In this document: piece after piece, positions 30,121 through 40,230 of the stretch
How positions within the stretch are numbered: the stretch's first letter is position 1
How the letters are laid out: every line of letters starts with the position of its first letter
DNA from: Candidatus Hadarchaeota archaeon
Lineage (GTDB): Archaea; CAYQAE01; CAYVLA01
DNA: 44,820 nt
NCBI GenBank assembly: GCA_964452145.1
Contig: CAYVLA010000014.1
Span: forward strand, 206-45,025
Direction of reading: 5' to 3'
The notes under the pieces: generated by a model
Seen by the model: only the letters and a program-made list of their open reading frames with translations
Databases searched by the model: none
Told to the model about the DNA's origin: nothing
Made by a program: the position numbers and the translations under genes

Positions 30121-30927
30121 TCAGTATATGCGGTCGAAGATTCGCAGTATGTCCTGGTGGAGTTCCAGCGCCGCCGGCGCTCCGCCCCGCGTGTGATGTT
30201 CGTTCGAGATGAAGCCCCGGAATCCCATGGCCTTCATCTCTCTGAGCATGCTGTAGTAGTCAATCTTCCTCCCTCTTTCGGTACGCATGCTCTTGACGTG
30301 CATGAACTCGAGATGATCTCGGACGGCGCGGAAGCCATGCGGCCAGGGGACATCGCCCGCTCCGTGGCTATTCCCGGGATCATAGTTGATCTTGAGGTAT
30401 CTCGAGTTCACCCCTTCCACTATCTGCCTCGCGCTATCCCCGGTGTCAGCGTATAGCCCTCCCTCAGTCTCCAGCGCCAGAACCACCCCGGCTTCCGCGG
30501 CTGCATCGGCCGCCCAGCCCAGCCTCTCCACTATCAGGGGCAGGCTCTCTTCGAAGGAGGAGTTCGGGACCCTGTTGAAGCCGAAGGTCCTTGTGTAGGG
30601 TGCATCGAGACACACGGCCACGTCGAGAGATCGCCTGAGTATCTCCTGTTGCTCCTTCCATTCCTTCTCATCGCTCCATGAGGTCCTCTTGTACTTGGCA
30701 AAGCCGGAAGAGACCGATGAGACCCCGAAACCTCTTTCCCCCAACAGATCGCGAAGGTCATCCAGGGATTTCCCCTCATACTGAGCGATGTTGATCGGAG
30801 GGGAATCGCCCAGCGCTACCCCTCTGAGTTCCACATCCTTCATCGGGGCCATGTTGGTCTCGATAAAGTCAAGAGCTTTCTCAAGAGGCTGGTGGATCTC
30901 ATCGGTGAAAGCCGAAAGCCTCATCAT
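30121..30927 (-). CDS. Sugar phosphate isomerase/epimerase (TIM barrel)
   Basis: LSAFTDEI, VELRG, LALETE, INYDPGN, MHVK, SNEHH. Confidence 0.85.
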   Translation of the reverse strand: MMRLSAFTDEIHQPLEKALDFIETNMAPMKDVELRGVALGDSPPINIAQYEGKSLDDLRDLLGERGFGVSSVSSGFAKYKRTSWSDEKEWKEQQEILRRSLDVAVCLDAPYTRTFGFNRVPNSSFEESLPLIVERLGWAADAAAEAGVVLALETEGGLYADTGDSARQIVEGVNSRYLKINYDPGNSHGAGDVPWPHGFRAVRDHLEFMHVKSMRTERGRKIDYYSMLREMKAMGFRGFISNEHHTRGGAPAALELHQDILRIFDRIY

Positions 30928-31414
30928 AGCAATCGCGTGACTCGATTCCAGTCCCCAACCTTAAATGTCTTCTTTGTGGTCCGTGCGGTCGGTACCAGAT
31001 AACGACTGAGTGCCTGCCCGAATCATTGCGATTAGATCTTGGGTGCCCATCTCACCTCGGTCGGGCAATCCGCACCCTCATGTGCCCTCGTGCAGTTCTT
31101 ACCACATGACCCGCGCTCAGGAGGTTTCTGGTTGGTTCGACATCATGCATCGTGGGGGGAGGCTGCGAACATCCACCTACCCACAGCTCAACGGCCGAGA
31201 CGGAAGTGATCCCGGCCCCGCTTCCCTGTCCAGTTCCTCCGCTGTGGATTCCGCGCCGGGCGTTCCCTGGAGAAGGTCGATGATGAAGCAGGCGCCAAGG
31301 CATCTCAAGCGAGGTCCCCTCGCCGAAATCGTCCAACAACCCCAAGCGCATCTTCGGCAGGACCAGATAAGAGTTATAACGCACGCTGCCCCAAGCGATT
31401 CGGGGTCAGCCGCC

Positions 31415-33973
31415 GTGAGAAGGCTCCTAGCGTGGGTTTGCGTCCTCCTGATGTGGGGGGGAGCATTGGGAATCACCCCGCAGGAATACGAGCAGAAGGG
31501 CGAACAGAGCGCTCGAGAGGGGAACTATGCGATTGCCGCCCAGAACTACGCCCTAGCGGCCCAGGGCTATGGGTCGGTGGGGAACTTCTCCGCTGCTGCT
31601 GTGAACCACGAAAGAGCCGCGAGCTTCTACGCCGCCATCGGCAGCAGCGAACTGTACCTCGATCAATCCATCAAGGCCGCCGAATCCTACGCGTTGGCCG
31701 GTTCAGCCTTCTTAGACGAAAAGAACTACTGGTACGCGGCGAACGCCTACCAAAGAAGCGCCGCATTCTACAACGTAACTGATAGGCCCTCCCAGTATCG
31801 AGAGATGCAGCTCAAAGCTGGCAACGCGTTCCTAGAAGCAGCAAGGTCCGCAGACAACCTTACCGCGCGGGTTGAACGCCTGTACTGGGCGGTGAGATCG
31901 TTCCACAGGTTGGACGAGGCAGATTTCCAGAGAGCCCTGGGCGAACTCTCATCCTCCGTGGATAGGCTGAAGGAGGAAGCCACGGCGAAGGGAAATGAGA
32001 GTGTATTCGATGTTCTGGATCTCTACTACCTACCGGTGTTCACCCAGATCATCGCTGATGATGTGCTTTCGGCGAACGAGATGACCAAGGTTGCCGATCT
32101 GGCGACAGTCATGGGGCTGCATTCGTATGCGGGCACATACCTGGTGAGTGCGGCAATACTCTACTCCGACTCGGGTCTAACCGAGAACGCCGAGTTCAGT
32201 CTGGCCTCCGCGGGGAGGTCCTACGCCAGGGCCGTGGCCCGGCAGGAGACCTGGGGCTATGAAGATTATCTCGCCGGCAAAGATGATCTGGAGATGTCCC
32301 TATACATACTCAATCATCTCGGCCTTTCAGCCGAAGTGGCGGAGCTGGCTGAGTTAGCGACCGACAAGCTGAGTAGGCTCAGGGCCACGCTTGAAAGCGC
32401 AGGCGATGCCCATTCGGCGGCCGGGCTCCACAGAGAAGCTGCGGCGAACTACTCGGACGCTGGTGAGATTAGCTACGTGCTGGGGAACGAGGTGGAGTTC
32501 AAGAGGCTCAACGAACTCTCCGGGTCGCAAAACTACATGGCTGCTCAGCTGCTCGAGAAAGCAGGCAACGAATCCGGGGCCGCGGCTCTTTACGAGGAAG
32601 CCGGCCTACTTCTCCAGCTTGGGGGAAGTCAGACATACAAAGCAGCATACGCCGCGGCGGCCGCGCTGCACGCCAAAGCCGGTAACCAATTCCTGGCCCT
32701 CGGAAACCTCACAACGGCAGCATTGAACCTCCGCAAAGCCGCAGAGGACTACAAGGCCGCCGGAAGTCATGACGCGGCCTATGCCTACTACCAGAAGTAT
32801 ATCGGAGTCCTCGGGGAGTTAATGACTGCATATCCGTCCGACAAGGGGTTTTTGCTTGTTTCCATAGGCGATGCCCAGGCATCAATGGGCGAGATCTCCG
32901 CCTCAGCGGATTCATATGCTTTGGCATCGGATGAGTTGGTGTCGCTGTTCAGCTTCTACTGGAGTTACTATCCTCAGTACATCCTCTCAGCCCCGGAGCT
33001 CTCCAAGTCCCTTGTGAAGTCCTATCGACTATCCGGACGCCTCTTCCTTGCGCGGCACTTGGTGGCAACTCTGGATTATCCTTCCTTTTATAGCACCCTT
33101 GCCACCCTTGCCTCCTTCGCCCAGAACTACGCGACGGCATCGAGGATCCATCGTAGCCTCGCAGCATCCGATCTTGATGTCTACGACTTTCAGAGCTATG
33201 CAGTTAACCAGCTGTTCGCAGCCATAGCCGCGATGATGGCGGGCGACACCGTCAAGCCCGTCTCAAGCCTCGAGGCATTCGAGGTTGTGAGCCATCCCCT
33301 TCACAGCTCGAACAGGAAGTTCCACGAGCTTCTGACCCATTCTCTGAAATGGGTGAATGAGGGGGACCGATCCGAGTTGGATCTGGCCAGAGCCATCCTG
33401 TCCGAGATTCAGTCCGTAACCGGAGATTCCGACGTTTCCTTTCTGCTGGAGGACCTGGCAGTCTTTCTCTCGGTTGAAACAGGGGCATCTGAGCTTCCGA
33501 AGAAGGCATCCGAACAAGCCAGCCGGGGCGAATGGACCGAGGTAGGACGGGGGTACTGGGTTTATGCTTTGCTGAAGTACTTCCAGGAGGAGTTCTCCAT
33601 TTCCCGCGATGCATTCGAGGACTCTTCCTTCAGCTTCCTCAAATCCGGAGACTATGCCTCTGCAAGGAAAGCGGCGGATCGCGCGGGAGAGTGCCTCACA
33701 GAGCCGACTGAGTATATCATTGGTCTTCAGCTGCTGTCAAAGGCCTTCATCGACGGCAACAGGACGCTGGCAGGGATGGCAAAGGCGAGCTTCAAGCAGT
33801 CGCTGAAGTCCGATTACAAGAGCGACAGAAGCAGGGAACTGGCACAGATGGCAGGGAAGCTGCGCGGAACGGAATGGGCTTCGGTGGCATTACAGGGCGT
33901 GCTCCTGGGGACTGCGTTCCTGACTGCGCTGATAGCTTTCCTCTTCATCAAGAGGAGGTCCGAACATCCATGA
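31415..33973 (+). CDS. Large secreted alpha-solenoid (SNAP/TPR-like repeats) with C-terminal TM anchor
   Basis: GTTATAA at 31373, then GTG 31415 giving a signal peptide (RRLLAWVCVLLMWGGALG); many AAxxYxxAA repeats; TM followed by KRR. Confidence 0.75.
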   Translation: MRRLLAWVCVLLMWGGALGITPQEYEQKGEQSAREGNYAIAAQNYALAAQGYGSVGNFSAAAVNHERAASFYAAIGSSELYLDQSIKAAESYALAGSAFLDEKNYWYAANAYQRSAAFYNVTDRPSQYREMQLKAGNAFLEAARSADNLTARVERLYWAVRSFHRLDEADFQRALGELSSSVDRLKEEATAKGNESVFDVLDLYYLPVFTQIIADDVLSANEMTKVADLATVMGLHSYAGTYLVSAAILYSDSGLTENAEFSLASAGRSYARAVARQETWGYEDYLAGKDDLEMSLYILNHLGLSAEVAELAELATDKLSRLRATLESAGDAHSAAGLHREAAANYSDAGEISYVLGNEVEFKRLNELSGSQNYMAAQLLEKAGNESGAAALYEEAGLLLQLGGSQTYKAAYAAAAALHAKAGNQFLALGNLTTAALNLRKAAEDYKAAGSHDAAYAYYQKYIGVLGELMTAYPSDKGFLLVSIGDAQASMGEISASADSYALASDELVSLFSFYWSYYPQYILSAPELSKSLVKSYRLSGRLFLARHLVATLDYPSFYSTLATLASFAQNYATASRIHRSLAASDLDVYDFQSYAVNQLFAAIAAMMAGDTVKPVSSLEAFEVVSHPLHSSNRKFHELLTHSLKWVNEGDRSELDLARAILSEIQSVTGDSDVSFLLEDLAVFLSVETGASELPKKASEQASRGEWTEVGRGYWVYALLKYFQEEFSISRDAFEDSSFSFLKSGDYASARKAADRAGECLTEPTEYIIGLQLLSKAFIDGNRTLAGMAKASFKQSLKSDYKSDRSRELAQMAGKLRGTEWASVALQGVLLGTAFLTALIAFLFIKRRSEHP

Positions 33974-34401
33974 CTAAGACCACCGAAGACGAGGTGCAGA
34001 TGGATTTCTCCAAGCCCCGCATGATCGCCCTTCGCTTCATGTACTTCATCGTTGGAGTTGGGGCATTGCTTGTGGCCAAGGTCCAGCTTCCGCTCAGCAA
34101 TGACGCGTTTCTGGTCTTGGTCCTCGGGCTGCTGGCAGCAATCATCATCTCATACCCCATACAGCTCAGGATGGTATACAGCGTTGCCTATAGGAGGAAG
34201 GAGCTGGGTCCCCAGGCCATGATAGGCCTCGAGGGATCAGCGTTGGAGGATCTGGCACCAGGCGGAAAGGTGCGTGTGCGCGGGGAGATCTGGAAGGCTA
34301 GGGCAGCGTCTGGAAGCATCGGCAAAGGGGAGACCATCGCTGTCGTTTCGGTTGGGGAAGGTCTATTGCTGGTCGTGGACAGACCCCCGAAGGGTAGCTA
34401 G
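33970..34401 (+). CDS. NfeD family protein (two TM helices + OB-fold)
   Basis: MIGLEG...DLAPGGKVRVRGEIWKARA...IGKGETIAVV; ATGA overlap with the upstream gene. Confidence 0.85.
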   Translation: MTKTTEDEVQMDFSKPRMIALRFMYFIVGVGALLVAKVQLPLSNDAFLVLVLGLLAAIIISYPIQLRMVYSVAYRRKELGPQAMIGLEGSALEDLAPGGKVRVRGEIWKARAASGSIGKGETIAVVSVGEGLLLVVDRPPKGS

Positions 34402-34570
34402 TGCGGACGCCGGCTACGCACCGTTGAGCGGGCAATTGAACATGGAAGTGAGAAGGATCTGCCCAAGAGCCCACCCAGAGGCGGATATGGATGAATGCAC
34501 CAATTGAATGCTCGAAAGCGATTTAAGCACCGCGCGTAGCTAGACGATAACGTGTAGGCGGGATGGAACC

Positions 34571-35467
34571 TTGCGGCTGAATTCCTCCAAGTCCGGATTG
34601 GCAGGTATCTTGGTAATTGCGTTAGTGGTTTCGACCCTTTTCGTCATATCACTGAGAAGGAAGGAGCTCGGCAGCCCGGTCTACCTTGCCAGGAATGAAT
34701 ATCCAGACCTCTTCAGCTCAACCGAGGCCAAGGGCAGACCCATGGTCTTTAACTTCGGCATAATAGGTAAGGAGCCCTTCAAGGAGATCGAGATACGCTA
34801 CGCGAACCTCTTCATGATGCCCCAGCCCGAGTTTGCGGACGCGGCCTTCATGCCCAACCAAAGCGATCCTCGAGAGATAATGGAGGCAAGAAAGGATATC
34901 CAGATAATCAAGAAGAGCCTTGGGGATGTGTCCATTCCCTTCGACGTCTTGGATGTCTCCGTCAGAATAGGCAATCTGACCCATTCCAAGACCTACAGCG
35001 GAGTTGTATACGATTTCGCGCGGACACTGGGCCTCTTCCTCGACAAGTCCATTCTGGGCCAGATCTTCGAGGTCTTCGCCGTCCTGAAGTCCGAGGATGG
35101 AGATGTACTGTACCTTCAGGGGGTCCCCGACTTCTTCTATCGGCGCGATGCAAACTTGAAGTACCTGTCCATACGCCACAACCAGAACGAGACAACCTAT
35201 CAAGCTCGCACCGATCTGCCGATTCAGGTCGTGCCCGTCGAGGATGCCCCTAAATCGGGTGAACTGATCTTCAGAAATACCGGGCGCGACGACCAGATAC
35301 TGATACAGAAAAACGTTGAGGCGATCCTCACCACGCTGCCAGTCTGGGTTCAGCAACCGGCCCTCATGCGGTATCTCGTCGAGTTCATCAGGGTCTATGC
35401 CAACGGAAGGCTCGAGGCAAGCGAGTTTAACGTCATCCAGATCGACAAGGAGGGGTGGAGAACGTGA
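34571..35467 (+). CDS. Hypothetical protein with N-terminal membrane anchor
   Basis: Single hydrophobic helix, then a beta-rich domain; ATTTAAG upstream; overlaps the next gene. Confidence 0.6.
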   Translation: MRLNSSKSGLAGILVIALVVSTLFVISLRRKELGSPVYLARNEYPDLFSSTEAKGRPMVFNFGIIGKEPFKEIEIRYANLFMMPQPEFADAAFMPNQSDPREIMEARKDIQIIKKSLGDVSIPFDVLDVSVRIGNLTHSKTYSGVVYDFARTLGLFLDKSILGQIFEVFAVLKSEDGDVLYLQGVPDFFYRRDANLKYLSIRHNQNETTYQARTDLPIQVVPVEDAPKSGELIFRNTGRDDQILIQKNVEAILTTLPVWVQQPALMRYLVEFIRVYANGRLEASEFNVIQIDKEGWRT

Positions 35468-36450
35468 GAAGGCAGATCACGATCTATCTATCAAGCGTGA
35501 TTCTTCTCATCATGCTTTCAGCGATGCCATCCGCCGCCCAAACCCACCCCCTGACCCCGGTCATAGTCATCTACAGCCCTTTCACCCCTGATTGGGGATT
35601 CGCGCTCGCTGAGCTTGTGGAAAATGACGTACGCTTCGATGCGGAGGTCTTGATGGTGGAGGACAAACTGACGTTCCAGACGATCGTGAACTTCCCCAGA
35701 GTCCAAGCTGTCATTCTGTGTCCGTTGGTCAGGCCACAGGCGGCGCTGGATGATATCTCGGACATGACCGTTGCCTACTACAAGGATGGCGGAGCGGTGC
35801 TTGGAATCGGAACGGCCTGCAACTCGCAATATGCGCCGAGAATCGGGCCGGAGGTTTTCTCGATCGGAGGAAACCGGTCCCTCACCTCGAAGAAGGTGGG
35901 GGACAGACGGGTCTTCAGTTATTACAAGAAAGACGTAATCCCCGGGATCAACGATCAGAGCCCCGATACCCTGGATATGGAAGGTTACCTAGCCTTCTAC
36001 ACGAGCAACGCAGCCGGCGAGTACGTGCCTATACCCACAGACAGCTCAAGGCAGGTGCTCTACGTCGGTGAGAAGGATGTGCCTCTTGCCATCGCCTGCA
36101 CGCATCCCGCGGGAGGCCGCTCCGTCGCGTTTCCAGGCCTGACCGTACAGGATACTCCGGGGAGAGACAACTACTATGGCCTTCTCTTGGAGAGGGAGGA
36201 GTTCAAGGAGATCTTCCTGAATAGCCTTTACTGGGCTCTGAACAACAGTCCTCGGTTCCCCCGCCTAAGAGACACAGCTGGCCAAGCCTTGGACGACGAA
36301 GCCTCCCGCAGAGCCGATCTGGCCGCCGAGGCCGACAGACTCGAGAAGAGGGTGGAATTCCGAAGGACCCTGAGTCTAGCGTTCCTGTGGGCAGTTGGCC
36401 TAGCCTTCTGTGCAATCGTCGGCTTCAAGCTGGTGATAGTCCGCAACTGA
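35455..36450 (+). CDS. Secreted ThuA/class-I GATase-fold protein with coiled coil and C-terminal TM
   Basis: Signal peptide; YYKDGGAVLGIG, GGRSVAFPG, FLNSLYWA; TM at the C-terminus. Confidence 0.65.
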   Translation: MENVRRQITIYLSSVILLIMLSAMPSAAQTHPLTPVIVIYSPFTPDWGFALAELVENDVRFDAEVLMVEDKLTFQTIVNFPRVQAVILCPLVRPQAALDDISDMTVAYYKDGGAVLGIGTACNSQYAPRIGPEVFSIGGNRSLTSKKVGDRRVFSYYKKDVIPGINDQSPDTLDMEGYLAFYTSNAAGEYVPIPTDSSRQVLYVGEKDVPLAIACTHPAGGRSVAFPGLTVQDTPGRDNYYGLLLEREEFKEIFLNSLYWALNNSPRFPRLRDTAGQALDDEASRRADLAAEADRLEKRVEFRRTLSLAFLWAVGLAFCAIVGFKLVIVRN

Positions 36451-36557
36451 CGGCACTAGTCGGCGGCGGTGAATGGGAGCAATTCCCAGGAACACGAACA
36501 CGAACGGAAAGCCTAAAGAGACCCCTTGGCCGCTCTATCCTGTCGGAGACGGAGCAT

Positions 36558-37259
36558 ATGAGAGTCTTGGCTGTCGGCGCCCATCCGGATGATCTGGAGA
36601 TACTGTGCGCGGGGACCCTTGCCCGCTTTGCCCGGGAGGGCCACCAGGTCACGATGGCCTACGCTTGTAGAGGCGACAAGGGCCACTTCCAGATACCGTC
36701 CGACGAACTCGCCTCGATCCGTGCCGAGGAGGCGTCTCTATCTGCATCGGTCATCGGAGCGGATTCCATAGGCCTTGGCATCGACGATCTGGATGTCCGG
36801 GTTGAGAGGGATCAAGTCTTGCTCTTCGTGGAGCTGGTGAGGAAGACGAGACCCGACCTCATCCTGACACATGACCCCAGGGACTACATGCCTGATCATA
36901 CGGTCGCCTCCCGTCTCGTCTTCGATGCGAGCTTCATCGCGACCTTGCCTCACACCAAGACCGAGCACGGGCCCCACGACAAGGTGCCACCGCTGTACTA
37001 CATGGATACCCTCGCAGGGGTGAACTTCGTACCGGAGGAGTATGTGGATATCACCGAGACCATGCAGACCAAGAAGGAGATGCTGGGCAAGCACCGAAGC
37101 CAGATTGATTGGCTCAGGAACCATGATGGGATAGACATCTTGGAATTCGTCGAAGCCGTCGCACGGTTCCGGGGAATTCAGTGCAATGCCCGGTTTGGCG
37201 AGGCGTTCGCGCCGGTCCGTGTCTGGCCCAGGAATCCAACACGCAGGTTGCTTCCCTAG
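36558..37259 (+). CDS. PIG-L/LmbE family deacetylase
   Basis: VLAVGAHPDDLE, GTLA, RAEEA, DYMPDH, YVDIT, HRSQ, EAF. Confidence 0.9.
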   Translation: MRVLAVGAHPDDLEILCAGTLARFAREGHQVTMAYACRGDKGHFQIPSDELASIRAEEASLSASVIGADSIGLGIDDLDVRVERDQVLLFVELVRKTRPDLILTHDPRDYMPDHTVASRLVFDASFIATLPHTKTEHGPHDKVPPLYYMDTLAGVNFVPEEYVDITETMQTKKEMLGKHRSQIDWLRNHDGIDILEFVEAVARFRGIQCNARFGEAFAPVRVWPRNPTRRLLP

Positions 37260-37426
37260 AAGCCTGTGGCTGTGACCCGCGATGAGTGGAAGTCTCCTTG
37301 ACGTTGCCTTTGCTTGGAATGGGCAGGTGAGTCATGTTCTGGGTTGCCGCGACAACCCGGCCCGGGCAGACAGGCAGTGCGTTCCATTTTTCAGTCGTCG
37401 CTTCCACTATCAGCATCGGTGAGAAT

Positions 37427-38344
37427 GTGCTGACCAGGCAAACGATGGGAGGGGTGTACGCATTGCCCCCGAGCCCCTTCGACGCCCATCGCCGATTCAA
37501 CGAGGAACGAATGAGGGCAAATGTGCGCCGCCTGAGTGAGGCGGGAGTGGATGCCATCGTCACCACGGGCAGCGTCGGTGAGTTTCACACGATCAGATGG
37601 GACGACCATAAGAAGCTCATAGATGTCCTAGTCGACGAGGTGAAGGGAAAGACAAGGGCGATACCGGGCTGCTCGGGCGTCAACACAGAGGAAGCCATAA
37701 TGAAGGCCAAGTATGCCCAGGACTGCGGAGCCGACGCGATCATGAATGTTAGTCCTTACTACGTCGACCTTACCGACGCGGAGCTTGTCGGGTACTGGAG
37801 GGACTTGGCCGAAGCCTGTCCAGACATAGGATTGATCGTCTACAATAATCCCAATACGGCCCAGCTGCACACGGTCGAGATCTTCAACGAGCTGGCCAAG
37901 ATCGAGTCCATGTGTGGCAGCAAGGAGATCACGACGATCAAGCTCCAGCTGGACATCATGCGCCATACAGATCTGACTCCAATGACGGCCACGGAGCTAG
38001 ACTACTTCGTCCCCACCATGAAGCTGGGGGCCAAGGGCATCTTCTCCATGTCCTCATCGATGTTCCCAAAATTCATTGTCGCGATCTTCAAGGCCTGCAG
38101 AGAGGGCAGGTGGGAAGAGGCCCAGAAGATGCAGTTCAAGCTGAAAGATGTCTGGACCTACCTGGACGGCCTTCCCTACGGGCGGGGCTATGGCCCCATC
38201 GCTCGATTCAAATGCTACGTCAATGCCTTCGGTGTCTTGGATTGCGGCATCACCGCCAAGCCCCTCATACCGGTTCCCCGGGATGTACAGGACAGGTATA
38301 GGGAGGAGATCCAGAGGGTCTTCCCGGATATGGTGGAGGCCTGA
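37427..38344 (+). CDS. Dihydrodipicolinate synthase / N-acetylneuraminate lyase family aldolase
   Basis: TGSVGEF, GADA, SPYY, catalytic Tyr (VYNNP) and Schiff-base Lys (GSKE). Confidence 0.85.
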   Translation: MLTRQTMGGVYALPPSPFDAHRRFNEERMRANVRRLSEAGVDAIVTTGSVGEFHTIRWDDHKKLIDVLVDEVKGKTRAIPGCSGVNTEEAIMKAKYAQDCGADAIMNVSPYYVDLTDAELVGYWRDLAEACPDIGLIVYNNPNTAQLHTVEIFNELAKIESMCGSKEITTIKLQLDIMRHTDLTPMTATELDYFVPTMKLGAKGIFSMSSSMFPKFIVAIFKACREGRWEEAQKMQFKLKDVWTYLDGLPYGRGYGPIARFKCYVNAFGVLDCGITAKPLIPVPRDVQDRYREEIQRVFPDMVEA

Positions 38345-38464
38345 TTGCTCAGGCCCGTGCTGCCCCGAACACTCCGGCGTGACCCTACGAGACGTGGGCT
38401 GTTCGGAGGCCATGAGAACCGCAACAATGCACACCTTTATACGGACCCGCAAATGCCCGGCGTC

Positions 38465-39259
38465 ATGAAAGCGGGAACTCTTCGGTCACTCGATGGGAAG
38501 AGGGTGGGTCGCTTCATCACCATGCTTGGCCCTCTGGAAGCCGGCAGGGGCCGAGGAGAGTCGAGATTCCGTGTCAACCTCAGGGATCATGGGAAAAGGA
38601 TCTGGGATCCACCGATCATCTCTGGCCTCTTCTTCGAGGGCCTGGGCAAATGGTACCGCCCCTGGGTTGAGGTGGATTACCGGCGCTCCATCGGGGCCCA
38701 CGGTGAGGCTTACAGTCTGACTCTGGACGAGGAAGAAAGGCTTTTCCGGCTGATCTGCGACCTGATCCCACCGGGAGGCCACATCATGGTCAAATACTCC
38801 AGCCATCCGCTGACCGCCCGCGCCTTGATCTTCGGTGTACCACCGGCGGCGACTCCTCTGGGTTACCTCATGTACAGAGGTGGGTGCAGATGGTACAAGG
38901 ACTGGTACTTCGCGGAAGGTTTCATGGAAGGTGAGGAGAAGTTGCAGGCAAGCAAGCCCCTCGATGAATCGAGAATGCGCTCCAAGACAGCGCAGATCAG
39001 AGACGAACTCAGGGAGTATCTGCGTTCCGAGCGCGACCCTTCACAGCCCGAGATGGAATCCGTCTGCAGAGATCTCGCCCGCAGAATTCTCGATCGCCCC
39101 GATTCGTCAGAACTGGATACACATCCGCGAATTGAGCCGACAGACATGCAGAAGGCTCAGCGCCCTACTCGTAAGGCACCTTCTCGATCTGCCCGCTCTT
39201 CCACGATTTCTCGGCCGTCTCAAATACAGCTATCACGCGTCTGGCCTCCTCTGGCTTGA
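38465..39259 (+). CDS. DUF1122 family protein
   Basis: GLFFEG..WYRPWVEV, IPPGGHIMVKY, GVPPAATPLG, WYKDWYFAEGFMEG.EKLQA; CTTTATA upstream. Confidence 0.8.
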   Translation: MKAGTLRSLDGKRVGRFITMLGPLEAGRGRGESRFRVNLRDHGKRIWDPPIISGLFFEGLGKWYRPWVEVDYRRSIGAHGEAYSLTLDEEERLFRLICDLIPPGGHIMVKYSSHPLTARALIFGVPPAATPLGYLMYRGGCRWYKDWYFAEGFMEGEEKLQASKPLDESRMRSKTAQIRDELREYLRSERDPSQPEMESVCRDLARRILDRPDSSELDTHPRIEPTDMQKAQRPTRKAPSRSARSSTISRPSQIQLSRVWPPLA

Positions 39260-40157
39260 CGGCGAGCTCCTTTCCCTTGTTGAGATGCTCGGAGATGTTC
39301 ACGTAATAACCATCCCAGTCCGACTCACGGAATCTCACCGTCACATCGGCCGGCATGCCCCTGACGAAGGTGGCCACTCTAAATGACTTCTCGGGGCCAT
39401 CCGTGATCGCACCCTTGGTACCTAGTATTCGCCACCGAGGCTTGCCGATCCTTGATATCGATGACTGCTGGAAGTCGGCGACGGCACCCGACTTGAACCG
39501 GATTATCGCTCTCACATCATCCTCGTTGGTGACGTCCTTCCACACAAGCTTCTGGGAGAAACCCACCACCCCATCCATCTTCTCGGGCACCAGATTCAGA
39601 ATCCAGTCCACGAAATGCGCGCCCCAGTCGTACATCGCCCCGCCGGATATCCTCTTGTCGGAACGCCACCACTTGCCTGGGTGCCCGTAGCCACCTGCGT
39701 AGGCCTCGACCTGAAAGACCCTCCCGACCAGCCCCTTGGAGATGATGTCCTTGAGCGTCAGGTAGTCCCCGTCCCAACGTCTGTTGTGGAACACCGATAG
39801 CATGACGTGCGACTTCTGGGCTGCCTCAATCATCTGGGTTGCCTCGTCGACCGTGATGCACATCGGCTTCTCGACGATGGTGTGCTTCCCGGCCTCCAAG
39901 CATTTCAGCGCCAAGGGGGCATGCGAATTGTGCGGGGTGACGATGGTGACCAGGTCAAAATCCTCTTCCAAAAGCTCCTCGACATCGTTGAATGTCCTTA
40001 TGCCGGGGAAGTCCTGTTCGGCAGCCTGGGTCCTCTTCTCATCCACATCGCAGACCCCGAAGAGCTCGAGGCCCCTCGTTTTCTTCATCCAACCAGCATG
40101 GGCCTTTCCCATGTTGAAGGCCGGTCCGTAGCCTATCACCGCGCACGATATCGTCAT
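39165..40157 (-). CDS. Gfo/Idh/MocA family oxidoreductase
   Basis: AVIGYG, TPHNSH, VEKP, FHNRRWDGDY, GGAMYDWGAH; AGGAG upstream. Confidence 0.92.
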   Translation of the reverse strand: MTISCAVIGYGPAFNMGKAHAGWMKKTRGLELFGVCDVDEKRTQAAEQDFPGIRTFNDVEELLEEDFDLVTIVTPHNSHAPLALKCLEAGKHTIVEKPMCITVDEATQMIEAAQKSHVMLSVFHNRRWDGDYLTLKDIISKGLVGRVFQVEAYAGGYGHPGKWWRSDKRISGGAMYDWGAHFVDWILNLVPEKMDGVVGFSQKLVWKDVTNEDDVRAIIRFKSGAVADFQQSSISRIGKPRWRILGTKGAITDGPEKSFRVATFVRGMPADVTVRFRESDWDGYYVNISEHLNKGKELAVKPEEARRVIAVFETAEKSWKSGQIEKVPYE

Positions 40158-40230
40158 CACACCGTCTCCTAGCGAAAGGCATCTGCCGGATAGCCAAGTG
40201 GCTCTTAAATGTCCCCGGGTTCCCAATCAA

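Noticed and set aside
31010..31414. N-terminal 135 codons of the 987-aa ORF (likewise the extensions of ftsZ to 22037, DUF2099 to 23101, mtnP from 25273 and PIG-L from 36387)
   Set aside because: Non-protein-like sequence spanning TATA boxes; later starts fit promoters, RBS and family N-termini
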